Assembly: GCF_030691135.1 (NCBI RefSeq)
Contig: NZ_JAUYFA010000058.1
Span: forward strand, 1,620-65,619
DNA length: 64,000 nucleotides
Source: Phreatobacter sp.
GTDB taxonomy: Bacteria > Pseudomonadota > Alphaproteobacteria > Rhizobiales > Phreatobacteraceae
Direction of reading: 5' to 3'
In this document: in pieces, positions 1 through 8,331 of the stretch
Layout of the letters: the number at the start of each line of letters is the position of its first letter
How positions within the stretch are numbered: position 1 is the stretch's first letter
Position numbers and translations under genes: made by a program
Notes under the pieces: generated by a model
Seen by the model: the letters and a program-made list of their open reading frames with translations, nothing else
Database searches by the model: none
What the model was told of the DNA's origin: nothing

Positions 1-2
1 GG

Positions 3-662
3 CTGACCTTTCTCCAGCTCACCTACAACAACCAGTCGCTGCTCGGCGCCGGCTGGCAGGAATATGAGGACGGCGGCATCACCCGCATGGGCCGCGAGGT
101 CATCGCCGAGATGAACCGGCTCGCCATGGTCATCGACATGTCCCATGCCGGCGAGCGCACCGCGATCGAGGCGATCGAGCGTTCGGCGCGGCCGGTGACC
201 GTCTCCCACGCCAATCCGCGCTGGTGGCGCGACACGCCCCGCAACGTCTCCGACCGCGTCATCGACGCGCTCGCCGCCCATGACGGCCTCCTCGGCCTGT
301 CGCTCTATCCGCACCATCTGGCCGGCGGCTCGGCCTGCACCCTCGCCGAATTCGCCGCCATGGCGGCGCGCCTCGCTGAGCGGATCGGCCCTGATCGCAT
401 CGGCATCGGCTCGGACCTCTGCCAGGACCAGCCCGATTCCGCCGTCGCATGGATGCGCGACGGGCGCTGGACGTTCCAGACGGCTGCGAACCCCAACGGG
501 CCGCCGGTCTTTCCGGCCCAGCCCGCCTGGTTTCGCAGCAATGCCGATTTTCCGGGCATCGCCGCGGGCCTCGCCGCCACAGGCTTTGCACCGGCGGAGG
601 TCGAGGGCATCATGGGCGAGAACTGGATGGCATTCCTGCGCCGGGCCCTCGCGCCGGGGTGA
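3..662 (+). CDS. Membrane dipeptidase family (peptidase M19) amidohydrolase, 5'-truncated by the window edge
   Basis: Frame is open from base 3 (LTFLQLTYNNQSLLGAGW...). M19 motifs QLTYN, VIDMSHAG, VSHAN and IGIGSD are present. Confidence 0.88.
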   Translation: MTFLQLTYNNQSLLGAGWQEYEDGGITRMGREVIAEMNRLAMVIDMSHAGERTAIEAIERSARPVTVSHANPRWWRDTPRNVSDRVIDALAAHDGLLGLSLYPHHLAGGSACTLAEFAAMAARLAERIGPDRIGIGSDLCQDQPDSAVAWMRDGRWTFQTAANPNGPPVFPAQPAWFRSNADFPGIAAGLAATGFAPAEVEGIMGENWMAFLRRALAPG

Positions 663-735
663 GACTGGCGCGGACCATGCATGAGGGCTGCGGCGGCCGG
701 TGGGGCTGCCGGCCCCGAGGGGTTGAGGAAATGAC

Positions 736-1746
736 ATGCCGCGCATGACAGTCGATGCCATCGAAGCTCTCGCCGCTGCGGCGCTGCGCCGGCATGGGGC
801 GAACGAGGTGCAGGCCAAGGCGCTGGCCGCCGGCCTCGCCGGTGCCGAGCGCGACGGCATCCGCTCCCACGGGCTGATGTACCTGCCGGTCTATTGCGAG
901 CATCTGACCTGCGGCAAGGTGATCGGCGGCGCCGAGCCGGTCCTCACCCGGCCGGCCCCGGGCAGCCTGGTCGTCGATGCCGGTGCGGGCTTCGCCCACG
1001 CCGCCATCGACCTCGGCCTGCCCGACCTGATCGCCACCGCGCGAAGCCAGGGCATCGCCAGCCTCGCCATCCGCAATTCCTACAATTGCGGCGTCCTCGC
1101 CTATCATACCGAGCGGATCGCCGAGGCAGGACTCGTCGGCCTCGGCTTCACCAATGCGCCGGCCTCCATCGCCCCTTCCGGCGGTCGCAAGGCGGTGCTC
1201 GGCACCAATCCCTGGTCCCTCGCGGTCCCGGACGGCGCCGGCGGCGCCCGTTTCGTCATCGACCAGAGCGCCAGCGTCATCGCCAAGAGCGAGGTGATCA
1301 AGCGCTCGAAATCCGGTGAGGCCATTCCCGAGGGCTGGGCGCTGGACGCCGACGGCCGGCCGACCACCGACCCGGTCGAGGGCCTCAAGGGCACGATGGT
1401 GCCGTCGGGCGGCTACAAGGGCGTCGGCGCGGCGCTGCTGGTGGAAGTCTTCGCCGCCTGTCTCGCGGGCGCGACGCCCGGCATCCAGGCGAGCCCCTTT
1501 TCCGGCCCCGCAGGCGGGCCGCCGAGGACCGGTCAGTTCTTCATCGCGCTGGCGCCGGACATCTCCTCCGGCGGCGCCTTCGCCGACCGGCTCAGCGTCG
1601 TGGTCGAAGCGCTGGGCGCCGAAACCGGCGGACGGCTTCCCGGCGGACGGCGGGCTGCAGCGCGCGCCCGCATCGCCGCCGAGGGCGTCGAGGTCGACGA
1701 GGCGACCGGGGCCATGCTGCTCCGGCTGGCGGGGCAGGGCGCATGA
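736..1746 (+). CDS. Ldh_2 family NAD(P)-dependent oxidoreductase (malate/L-lactate/sulfolactate/ureidoglycolate dehydrogenase-like)
   Basis: Motifs GIRSHG, VVDAGAGFAH, GTNP, IPEGWALDADGRPTTDP and GGYKG. GAGG RBS upstream. Confidence 0.9.
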   Translation: MPRMTVDAIEALAAAALRRHGANEVQAKALAAGLAGAERDGIRSHGLMYLPVYCEHLTCGKVIGGAEPVLTRPAPGSLVVDAGAGFAHAAIDLGLPDLIATARSQGIASLAIRNSYNCGVLAYHTERIAEAGLVGLGFTNAPASIAPSGGRKAVLGTNPWSLAVPDGAGGARFVIDQSASVIAKSEVIKRSKSGEAIPEGWALDADGRPTTDPVEGLKGTMVPSGGYKGVGAALLVEVFAACLAGATPGIQASPFSGPAGGPPRTGQFFIALAPDISSGGAFADRLSVVVEALGAETGGRLPGGRRAAARARIAAEGVEVDEATGAMLLRLAGQGA

Positions 1747-3395
1747 CGATGGCCCTCCGCCCGCCTGACGAGGTGATGCGGCTCGACCGCCTTGGCGCCG
1801 CCCATCCGACGCGGCTGAGTTTCCTGCGCGCCTTGCTGCGGCGGGTGGAAGGTGAGGGCTGGTCCTATCGCCGCACCGCCTGGGAGATCGATCCGGAAGG
1901 CTTCGGCCATGCCGTGCTGACCGTCGTCGCGCCGGCGAGCACCTATTCGCTGGTCGCCTTCTCGACGCCGCTCGCCGACGAGATGCGCACCGACCGCGTC
2001 ATCGCCGAGGCCTGGGACACGAGCTATGTCCTCTATGACGGCGTCCCCGACGCCGCCGAGATCGCCCGGCTGCGCGCCAATGCCCCGCGCCAGGAGGCCG
2101 GCCGCTTCACCGAGCGCGATCTGGTGCTGGCCCGCGCCAACAAGAGTGTCCGTCTGTTCGCCCATGTGGCCGAAAGCCTCGCGAACGGCCATCAGCCGGA
2201 TGCGGATCTGCTGGCGAGCGTCGGCTATCTGATGCGCACCACCGCCGTCTACGGCAACGGCAAGTTCGGCATCGCCGACCGCGACCGCATCGCCGGCCGC
2301 ACCGAACTCGCCGGTCCGTTCCGCGCCGAGATGCTCGCTGTCTGGCTGATCCGCGCCTTCACCCTCGATCTCGTCGAACATGTCGCTGCGGCGCAGGGCG
2401 GGGCGCGTGCGACGACCCTCGACCCGTCGCTGCGGCGCAGCCTCGGCGTCGGCAATTCCACCGGCCTCGGCATGGCGCCCTTCCTGGTCCGTCATCCCCT
2501 CCTGGTCCACCGCTGGTTCCATGCCCGCGAGACGGCGCTGGCGCGGGTGCGCGCGCTGGCCGCCGCCGGTCCCGCCGAACAGGCGGCGTTCCGGACGGCA
2601 CTGGCGGCGATGCGCCAGACCGTGAGCCGCTGGCACACCGAGGATCCGGTGCAGGCGCCGCGGGTCGCGGTGCTGGCAGATGATCTCGCCGCCCTGGCCG
2701 CCGCCGCCGGACCGCTCCTGGCCGGGCCCGATCCCTGGGACGCGCTCTATCGTCACGCCTGTGAGGCTCTGTCCGTCGAAGCACAGGAGGCGGTGGTGGC
2801 GCTCGTTCTCGAGCCGCACGGCGCCCTGGTCGACGATCTGGCCGAGACCATGCAGGCCGACGAGGACACCGTCTTCCGCATCGACGGGACGATGACCGTC
2901 GGCGCATTGATCGCCCAGCTCGCCGAACATTACGGCTGGGTGCGCCGGTTCGACTTTTCCGACCCCGCCAGCGAGGCGCGCTTCTGGTACGTCTCGGAAG
3001 AAAAGCTGGAGCCGCGGCTCGGCGAGCGCGGGGCAGAGGACGGCGCTGAACGCGAACAGCCGCTGGCGGTGGCCCGTGACGTGAGCCGGCTCGGGGCGGC
3101 GCTACTCGCCGCGCGACAGGACGAGCCGGTCGCCGCCTTCCTGATGCGGCAGCCCGCCTTCCGCCATGTCGTGCGGCGGGCGCAGGTCGCCATCGCCCAT
3201 CCCTATGCCGAGGTGCGCGACAATCTCGTCGCGGCCACCATGCGGCCCGTCGATTTGCTGCGGGCCAAGCTCGCCTTTTTTGGCGCCAGCCGCTTCGATC
3301 CGCGCTCCGACCGCTGGCTGCGGATTTCGCTCTTCGCCGATGCGCCCTTCCCGGAGGAGATCTGCCGGCAGGACCGGGAGCGCATCGCCTCATGA
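1743..3395 (+). CDS. Conserved hypothetical protein (550 aa) of the type I recall beside DUF3726 and M19 dipeptidase genes in alphaproteobacteria
   Basis: ATGA overlap with the upstream gene and strong GC3 bias. Enzyme-like blocks RANKSVRLF, GYLMRTTAVYGNGKFG, GVGNSTGLGMAPFL, FWYVSEEKLEPRLGER, FFGASRFDPRSDRW. Confidence 0.8.
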   Translation: MTMALRPPDEVMRLDRLGAAHPTRLSFLRALLRRVEGEGWSYRRTAWEIDPEGFGHAVLTVVAPASTYSLVAFSTPLADEMRTDRVIAEAWDTSYVLYDGVPDAAEIARLRANAPRQEAGRFTERDLVLARANKSVRLFAHVAESLANGHQPDADLLASVGYLMRTTAVYGNGKFGIADRDRIAGRTELAGPFRAEMLAVWLIRAFTLDLVEHVAAAQGGARATTLDPSLRRSLGVGNSTGLGMAPFLVRHPLLVHRWFHARETALARVRALAAAGPAEQAAFRTALAAMRQTVSRWHTEDPVQAPRVAVLADDLAALAAAAGPLLAGPDPWDALYRHACEALSVEAQEAVVALVLEPHGALVDDLAETMQADEDTVFRIDGTMTVGALIAQLAEHYGWVRRFDFSDPASEARFWYVSEEKLEPRLGERGAEDGAEREQPLAVARDVSRLGAALLAARQDEPVAAFLMRQPAFRHVVRRAQVAIAHPYAEVRDNLVAATMRPVDLLRAKLAFFGASRFDPRSDRWLRISLFADAPFPEEICRQDRERIAS

Positions 3396-3405
3396 GGTGG
3401 CTTTC

Positions 3406-3798
3406 GTGACGGCCGGCCTGATCGACATGTCGCTCAACGAGGTGGAGACTCTCGCCGCCAAGGCAGCGCGGGGGGCGGGGCTGTCCTGGGGCGGCGCCGA
3501 GGAATTCGGCCGGGCGGCGCGGCTGCTCGCCACGGCGGGCCGCGACTGGCCGGCGCTGGTCACAGCTCTCGCCGGAACGGCTGACGACGTCGCTGCCGAA
3601 GCGGCGGCGCTGGCGCGCTGCGAGGCGACCCTTGAAGCGGCGGGCCTCGGCGCGCCGGGTTCCGGCGTGGCGACCCGCGCTGCGGTGGCCCCGGCGACGC
3701 TCGCGGCGCTCGAGGCGCTGGCCGCCAGGACCTATGTCCCGGCATCGGCGCAGTCGCGGGTCCTGGGCGCCGGCGCAGGGCTGACCGACAACGACTGA
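3406..3798 (+). CDS. DUF3726 domain protein (short form)
   Basis: N-terminal SLNEVETLAAKAARGAGLSWGGAEE and C-terminal RTYVPASAQSRVLGAGAGLTDND are typical of DUF3726. Start is GTG 3406 (after GAGGTGG) or ATG 3427. Confidence 0.8.
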   Translation: MTAGLIDMSLNEVETLAAKAARGAGLSWGGAEEFGRAARLLATAGRDWPALVTALAGTADDVAAEAAALARCEATLEAAGLGAPGSGVATRAAVAPATLAALEALAARTYVPASAQSRVLGAGAGLTDND

Positions 3799-3886
3799 TC
3801 CGGAGAATACCGCAGACGTTTTGGCGTTGCGTCACCGACCATTGCAGATAGGCTGTTCTTCGAAAGCCGCACCGAGGGAAATGCGC

Positions 3887-5005
3887 ATGGCAGGCAAGGC
3901 TTCGGCCCAGGTGATCGCGATGCGCGGCGCCGGCTACTATTCCTCCAACACCGTGGGTGCCAAGGCCGTCATCGACAAGGCCGGCGACCTCGTCGTCGAA
4001 GCCCTCGGGAGCATGGCGATCAAGCCGGCCAAGACCGCCTTCTCGGTCTGCGACTACGGCGCCGCCGATGGTGGCACCTCCCTCGACATGATGCGGCGCC
4101 TCGTCGAGACGGTCCGGCAGCGGGCCCCCGACCGCGCCATCCAGGTCACCTATACCGACCTGCCGCACAACGACTTCTCGGCGCTGTTCCGGCTCACCCA
4201 GGGCCTCCTCGGCGACCAGGCCAAGACGCCGCTCGCCGAGACGCCGAACCTCTACATCGCCGGCTCGGGGACGAGCTTCTACAAGCAGATCGTGCCGGAC
4301 GGCACGCTGCATCTCGGCTTTTCCGCTACCGCCATGCACTGGCTGAGCAAGCGGCCCGGGCTCATCGCCGACCATGTCCAGGCGGTCGGCGCCACGGCGG
4401 CGGAACAGGCGCTGTTTCGCCGCCAGGCCATGGCCGACTGGGACACGATCCTGCTCGCCCGCGCCAGGGAACTGGCGCCCGGCGGCAGGCTGGTCCTTGC
4501 CAATTTCTGCGCCGACGAGCAGGGCCGCTATCTCGGCCATACCGGCGGTGTGAACATGTTCGACGCCTTCGCCCGCCACTGGCGCGACCTGTGGAAGAAG
4601 GGGCGCATCACCGAGGCGGAATATCGGGGCGCGACGTTCCAGCAGTTCTACAAGACGCCGGACGAATTCGCCGCGCCCTTCCGCGACAAGGGCTCGGCCG
4701 TTTCCCGCGCCGGCCTCAGGCTCGATCACATCTCGACGACGGTGACGGCCTGCCCCTATGCGGCTGATTTCGCCAGGCACGGCGACGCCGCCGCTTTCGC
4801 CAGCGCCTATGTGCCGACCCTGCGCTCCTGGTCAGAGACCGTCTTCGCCGGCGCTCTCGACGCCAAGCGGTCGGCGCATGAGCGGGGCTCCATCGTCGAC
4901 GCCTTCTACGGCGCCTACGAGGCCGACGTCGCCCAGAACCCCGCCGGCCACGCCATGGACTACGTCCATTGCTTCATGGTCATCGGCAAGAAGGGCGGCC
5001 GCTGA
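3887..5005 (+). CDS. SABATH-type (Methyltransf_7) SAM-dependent small-molecule carboxyl/N-methyltransferase
   Basis: AMRGAGYYSSNT, DYGAADGGTS, YTDLPHNDFSALF and GTSFYKQIVPDGTLHLGFSATAMHWLS parallel the SABATH motifs DLGCSSGPNT, NDLPxNDFN and GSFYxRLFPxxSLH..HWLS. GAGGGA RBS before ATG 3887. Confidence 0.82.
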   Translation: MAGKASAQVIAMRGAGYYSSNTVGAKAVIDKAGDLVVEALGSMAIKPAKTAFSVCDYGAADGGTSLDMMRRLVETVRQRAPDRAIQVTYTDLPHNDFSALFRLTQGLLGDQAKTPLAETPNLYIAGSGTSFYKQIVPDGTLHLGFSATAMHWLSKRPGLIADHVQAVGATAAEQALFRRQAMADWDTILLARARELAPGGRLVLANFCADEQGRYLGHTGGVNMFDAFARHWRDLWKKGRITEAEYRGATFQQFYKTPDEFAAPFRDKGSAVSRAGLRLDHISTTVTACPYAADFARHGDAAAFASAYVPTLRSWSETVFAGALDAKRSAHERGSIVDAFYGAYEADVAQNPAGHAMDYVHCFMVIGKKGGR

Positions 5006-5087
5006 CGCATCACACGACCAGTCTTTGGGGGAACGTCGAGGAAGGCACGCAAAAGGGCCACCGACGCCGATTACACGGGAGACCAAC

Positions 5088-6176
5088 ATGAAGAGACGTC
5101 ATTTTCTGGCCGGAACGGCGGGCGCTGCCGCTGCAACCCTCGCTGCGCCGGCTCTGGCCCAGGCTCCCACCGTGCGCTGGCGCATGGTGACGAGCTGGCC
5201 GAAGAGCCTCGACACCATCCACGGCTCGGCCATGGCCATGGCCGAGCGCATCAGCCAGATCACCGAGGGCAGGTTCCAGATCCAGGTCTTCGCCGCCGGC
5301 GAGATCGTGCCGGCCCTCGGCGTCTTCGATGCGACGTCGAATTCCACGGTCGAGTGTTCCCACACGCTCTCCAGCTACTTTTTCGGGCGCAACCCGGCCA
5401 TCGGCTTCGACGGCGGCATGCCCTTCGGCCTCAACACCCGCCAGCAGCAGGCCTGGATGGTGGCGGGCGGCGGCAAGGAGCTGATGCGCGATGTCTTCGC
5501 CAAGTTCGGCCTCGTCGCGGTCCCCTGCGGCAATGTCGGTGTCCAGATGGGCGGCTGGTTCCGCAAGGAGATCAACACGCTCGAGGATCTCAAGGGCCTG
5601 AAGTTCCGCATCGGCGGCATCGGCGGCACCGTCCTCTCCAAGCTCGGCGCCGTGCCCCAGCAGATCGCCGCCGGCGACATCTATTCCTCGCTCGAGCGCG
5701 GCACGATCGACGCCGCCGAGTGGATCGGCCCCTATGACGACGAGAAGCTCGGCTTCGCCAAGGTGGCGCGCTTCTACTACACGCCCGGTTTCTGGGAGGG
5801 CGCGGCGCAGATCACCTCCTTCGTCAATCAGGCGAAATGGGCCGAGCTGCCGCCCGCCTTCAAGGCCGCCTACGAGGCCGCCGCGAGCGAGCAATGCGTG
5901 CAGATGATGGCCAATTACGACGCCAAGAACCCGGACGCCCTGCGCCGGCTCGTGGCGGCCGGAGCCCAGCTGCGCGCCTTCCCGCGCCCGGTTCTCGACG
6001 CCTGCCTCAAGGCGACCGTCGAGACGCTCGACGATTTCGCCGCGAAGAGCCCGGAGTTCAAGACCGTCTACGACAGCTGGAAGAAGTTCACCGACGATTC
6101 GAACCTGTGGTTCCGCATCGCCGAGAACACCCTCGACCAGTTCCGCTTCGCAGCGCCCAGCTGGGTGAAGAGCTGA
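5088..6176 (+). CDS. TRAP transporter substrate-binding protein (DctP/TakP keto-acid type) with Tat signal
   Basis: MKRRHFL Tat motif; WRMVTSWPKSLD, QMGGWFRKEIN and LERGTIDAAEWIGPYDDEKLGF. GGAG RBS before ATG 5088. Confidence 0.92.
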   Translation: MKRRHFLAGTAGAAAATLAAPALAQAPTVRWRMVTSWPKSLDTIHGSAMAMAERISQITEGRFQIQVFAAGEIVPALGVFDATSNSTVECSHTLSSYFFGRNPAIGFDGGMPFGLNTRQQQAWMVAGGGKELMRDVFAKFGLVAVPCGNVGVQMGGWFRKEINTLEDLKGLKFRIGGIGGTVLSKLGAVPQQIAAGDIYSSLERGTIDAAEWIGPYDDEKLGFAKVARFYYTPGFWEGAAQITSFVNQAKWAELPPAFKAAYEAAASEQCVQMMANYDAKNPDALRRLVAAGAQLRAFPRPVLDACLKATVETLDDFAAKSPEFKTVYDSWKKFTDDSNLWFRIAENTLDQFRFAAPSWVKS

Positions 6177-6235
6177 TCCGGACGGGCGTCGGCGGCGCCG
6201 GCGCCCTGACGCCGATGCACGGCGGCGCAGCATTG

Positions 6236-6247
6236 TGCTGCGCTGCA
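6236..6247 (-). promoter_or_regulatory. Candidate PhaR/AniA-type operator (TGCAGCGCAGCA), overlapping the palindrome GCGCAGCA-TTG-TGCTGCGC
   Basis: Matches TGCRNYGCASMA. The same 12-mer type recurs in two other intergenic regions (21911, 61960). Confidence 0.45.
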
Positions 6248-6358
6248 CAGGAATCTGCGTCACTTACGTAGATATTCGTATGCCACCTTATGGAACAGCA
6301 CCCCTAGACTGGTGCGAGAAGCGGTCATGTTCGTAAGGACCGCCAGAGGAGAACGACG

Positions 6359-7321
6359 ATGTCGCAACCGTCCACCCTGCGCGGCCTCCTGGCCGGCGCG
6401 GCCCTTGCTGTCGGCCTGGCTCTCGCCGGCCCCGCCAGTGCCCAGACCAAGGTCAGCATCGGCATTTCCGGCTGGACCGGCTTCGCGCCGCTGACGCTGG
6501 CCAAGGAAGCCGGCATCTTCGCCCGCAACGGCCTCGACGTGACGATCCGCAAGATCCCGCAGGCGAGCCGCCACCTCGCCATCGCCTCGGGTGACCTCCA
6601 GTGCGCCGCCACCACGGTCGAGACCTGGATCGTCTGGAACGCCAACGGCATCGCCACGACCCAGCTGTTCCAGCTCGACAAGAGCTACGGCGCCGACGGC
6701 ATGGCGGTCCGCAACGGCATCAACTCGATCCGCGACCTTCGCGGCAAGACGGTGGCAGCCTCCGCCCCCGGCACTGCGCCCTATTTCACGCTCGCCTGGA
6801 TGCTGAAGGAGAACGGCCTCTCCATCCGCGACGTCACCGTCGTCAACATGGAGCCGGGAGCCGCCGCCCAGGCCTTCGTCGCCGGCCAGAACGATGCGGC
6901 GATGACCTACGAGCCCTTCCTGTCCTCGGTGCGCAATGCGCCCCAGGCCGGCAAGATCATCGCCACCACCCTCGACTATCCGATGGTGATGGACACGTTC
7001 GGCTGCACGCCGGCCTTCATCCAGGCCAACGAGGCCGCCGTCCGGGCGCTCGCCAAGAGCTATTTCGAGGCGCTCGAGATGATCAAGACCAACCAGGCGG
7101 AGTCCTACCGCATCATGGGCGCCGACGTGCGCCAGACGGCCGAACAATTCGGCAATTCGGCCCAGTATCTGCGCTGGCAGGACCGCGAGGCGAACCGGAC
7201 TTTCTTCGCCGGCGAGTGGCGCACGTTCTCCGAGAAGGCCGCCGACCTGCTGCTCGAGCTCGGCATCATCCGCAACAAGCCGAACTTCGACACCATGGTC
7301 GACACGCGCTTCATCCAGTAG
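6359..7321 (+). CDS. NitT/TauT (SsuA/THI5-like) ABC transporter substrate-binding protein
   Basis: Signal peptide; GWTGFAPLTLAKEAGIF, DKSYGADG and AAMTYEPF. AGGAG RBS. Confidence 0.9.
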   Translation: MSQPSTLRGLLAGAALAVGLALAGPASAQTKVSIGISGWTGFAPLTLAKEAGIFARNGLDVTIRKIPQASRHLAIASGDLQCAATTVETWIVWNANGIATTQLFQLDKSYGADGMAVRNGINSIRDLRGKTVAASAPGTAPYFTLAWMLKENGLSIRDVTVVNMEPGAAAQAFVAGQNDAAMTYEPFLSSVRNAPQAGKIIATTLDYPMVMDTFGCTPAFIQANEAAVRALAKSYFEALEMIKTNQAESYRIMGADVRQTAEQFGNSAQYLRWQDREANRTFFAGEWRTFSEKAADLLLELGIIRNKPNFDTMVDTRFIQ

Positions 7322-7370
7322 GGGCGGACGAATGCGGCGGTCGTGAGCGAAAGCCGCGACCGCCCACGAC

Positions 7371-7513
7371 GTCATGCCCGGCCTCGTGCCGGGCATCCAC
7401 GAATTCCTGCCAGGTCGTGGTCAAGTCGTGGATGGCCGGCATGGCCGGGGCAAAGCCCCGGCGTGTCCAAGCCTTGAGCGGCGGCCGCAGGCCGCTTTTG
7501 GCCCGGCCATGAC
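7371..7513. repeat. Rhizobial-type REP/palindromic intergenic element, copy 1 (carries a 61-nt internal insertion)
   Basis: GTCATGCCCGGCCTCGTGCCGGGCATCCACGA ... TCAAGTCGTGGATGGCCGG ... GCCCGGCCATGAC. Terminal GTCAT/ATGAC and CATCCACGA/TCGTGGATG inverted repeats. A second copy lies at 28605. Confidence 0.8.
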
Positions 7514-7557
7514 GCTTGGGAAGTTGCGCCCATGCCCGCATCGGAACGGATGAGTCC

Positions 7558-8331
7558 ATGAAACCCCTCGAGCCCGTATCGACGACGGCGCGTGTCGTTC
7601 TCGGCATCTCCTTCTTCGTCATCTTCTTCGCGGCCTGGGCGGCGGTGACCTTCGGCGGCCTCGTGCCGAAGATCTTCCTCGCCGATCCCGTCACGATGCT
7701 GCAGGAGGGCTGGTATCTCATCACCAACCACGGCTTCCTCGTCGACATCGGGGTCACCGTCTGGCGCGTCGTCGGCGGCTTCATCCTGGCGGCACTCGTC
7801 GCCGTGCCGCTTGGCCTCGCCATGGGCGCCTACAAGCCGGTCGAGGCCTTCTTCGAGCCTTTCGTCTCCTTCGCCCGCTATCTGCCGGCCTCCGCCTTCA
7901 TCCCGCTCTTCATTCTCTGGGCGGGTGTCGGCGAGAAGCAGAAGCTGCTGGTCATTTTCGTCGGTTCGGTCTTCCAGATCGTCCTGATGGTGGCGGTGGC
8001 GGTGGGATCGATCCGCCGCGACCTGGTCGAGGCGGCGCTGACGCTCGGCGCGCGCGACCAGGGCATCGTCGGCCGGGTCATGGTGCCCTATGCGGCACCG
8101 CAGATCGCCGAGATCCTGCGGCTCGTCCTCGGCTGGGCCTGGACCTATGTCATTGTTGCCGAGCTGATCGGCTCGTCCTCCGGCATCGGCCACATGATCA
8201 TCGAGAGCCAGGCGCTGCTTGCCACCGGCCAGATGATCTTCGGCATCATCGTGATCGGCGTAATCGGCCTCATCTCGGACTTCCTGTTCAAGGCCGTGAA
8301 CCAGAAGATGTTCCCCTGGAGCACGATATGA
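7558..8331 (+). CDS. NitT/TauT ABC transporter permease
   Basis: Hydrophobic helices; RYLPASAFIPL, LVEAALTLGA (EAA loop), VIVAELIG. Confidence 0.92.
   Translation: MKPLEPVSTTARVVLGISFFVIFFAAWAAVTFGGLVPKIFLADPVTMLQEGWYLITNHGFLVDIGVTVWRVVGGFILAALVAVPLGLAMGAYKPVEAFFEPFVSFARYLPASAFIPLFILWAGVGEKQKLLVIFVGSVFQIVLMVAVAVGSIRRDLVEAALTLGARDQGIVGRVMVPYAAPQIAEILRLVLGWAWTYVIVAELIGSSSGIGHMIIESQALLATGQMIFGIIVIGVIGLISDFLFKAVNQKMFPWSTI

Noticed and set aside
1533..2930. Long antisense and alternate-frame ORFs (also 8403-9947, 13553-15061, 19664-21517, 25702-27252, 30925-32568, 42958-44580, 44744-46411, 48153-49694, 58476-60230)
   Set aside because: They overlap well-supported genes, have no recognisable motifs and show Arg/Gly/Ala-rich shadow composition. 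Such ORFs are expected in GC-rich DNA with few stop codons.
5058..5075. GGCACG before the TRAP SBP as a sigma-54 promoter
   Set aside because: There is no GC at the required -12 position (spacing is off by one and TT is absent).
4758..5087. Long N-terminal extensions in the ORF track (TRAP SBP from 4758; likewise 27238, 46489, 57434, 58069, 34044, 12198) that look like fusions
   Set aside because: They run through upstream genes or promoters. Family homology, RBS and stop/start overlaps place the real starts downstream.
6177..6358. Possible guanidine or other riboswitch before the NitT/TauT ABC operon
   Set aside because: No paired ACGR-loop hairpins or ykkC-type core is visible; only a post-gene hairpin and a DNA palindrome.
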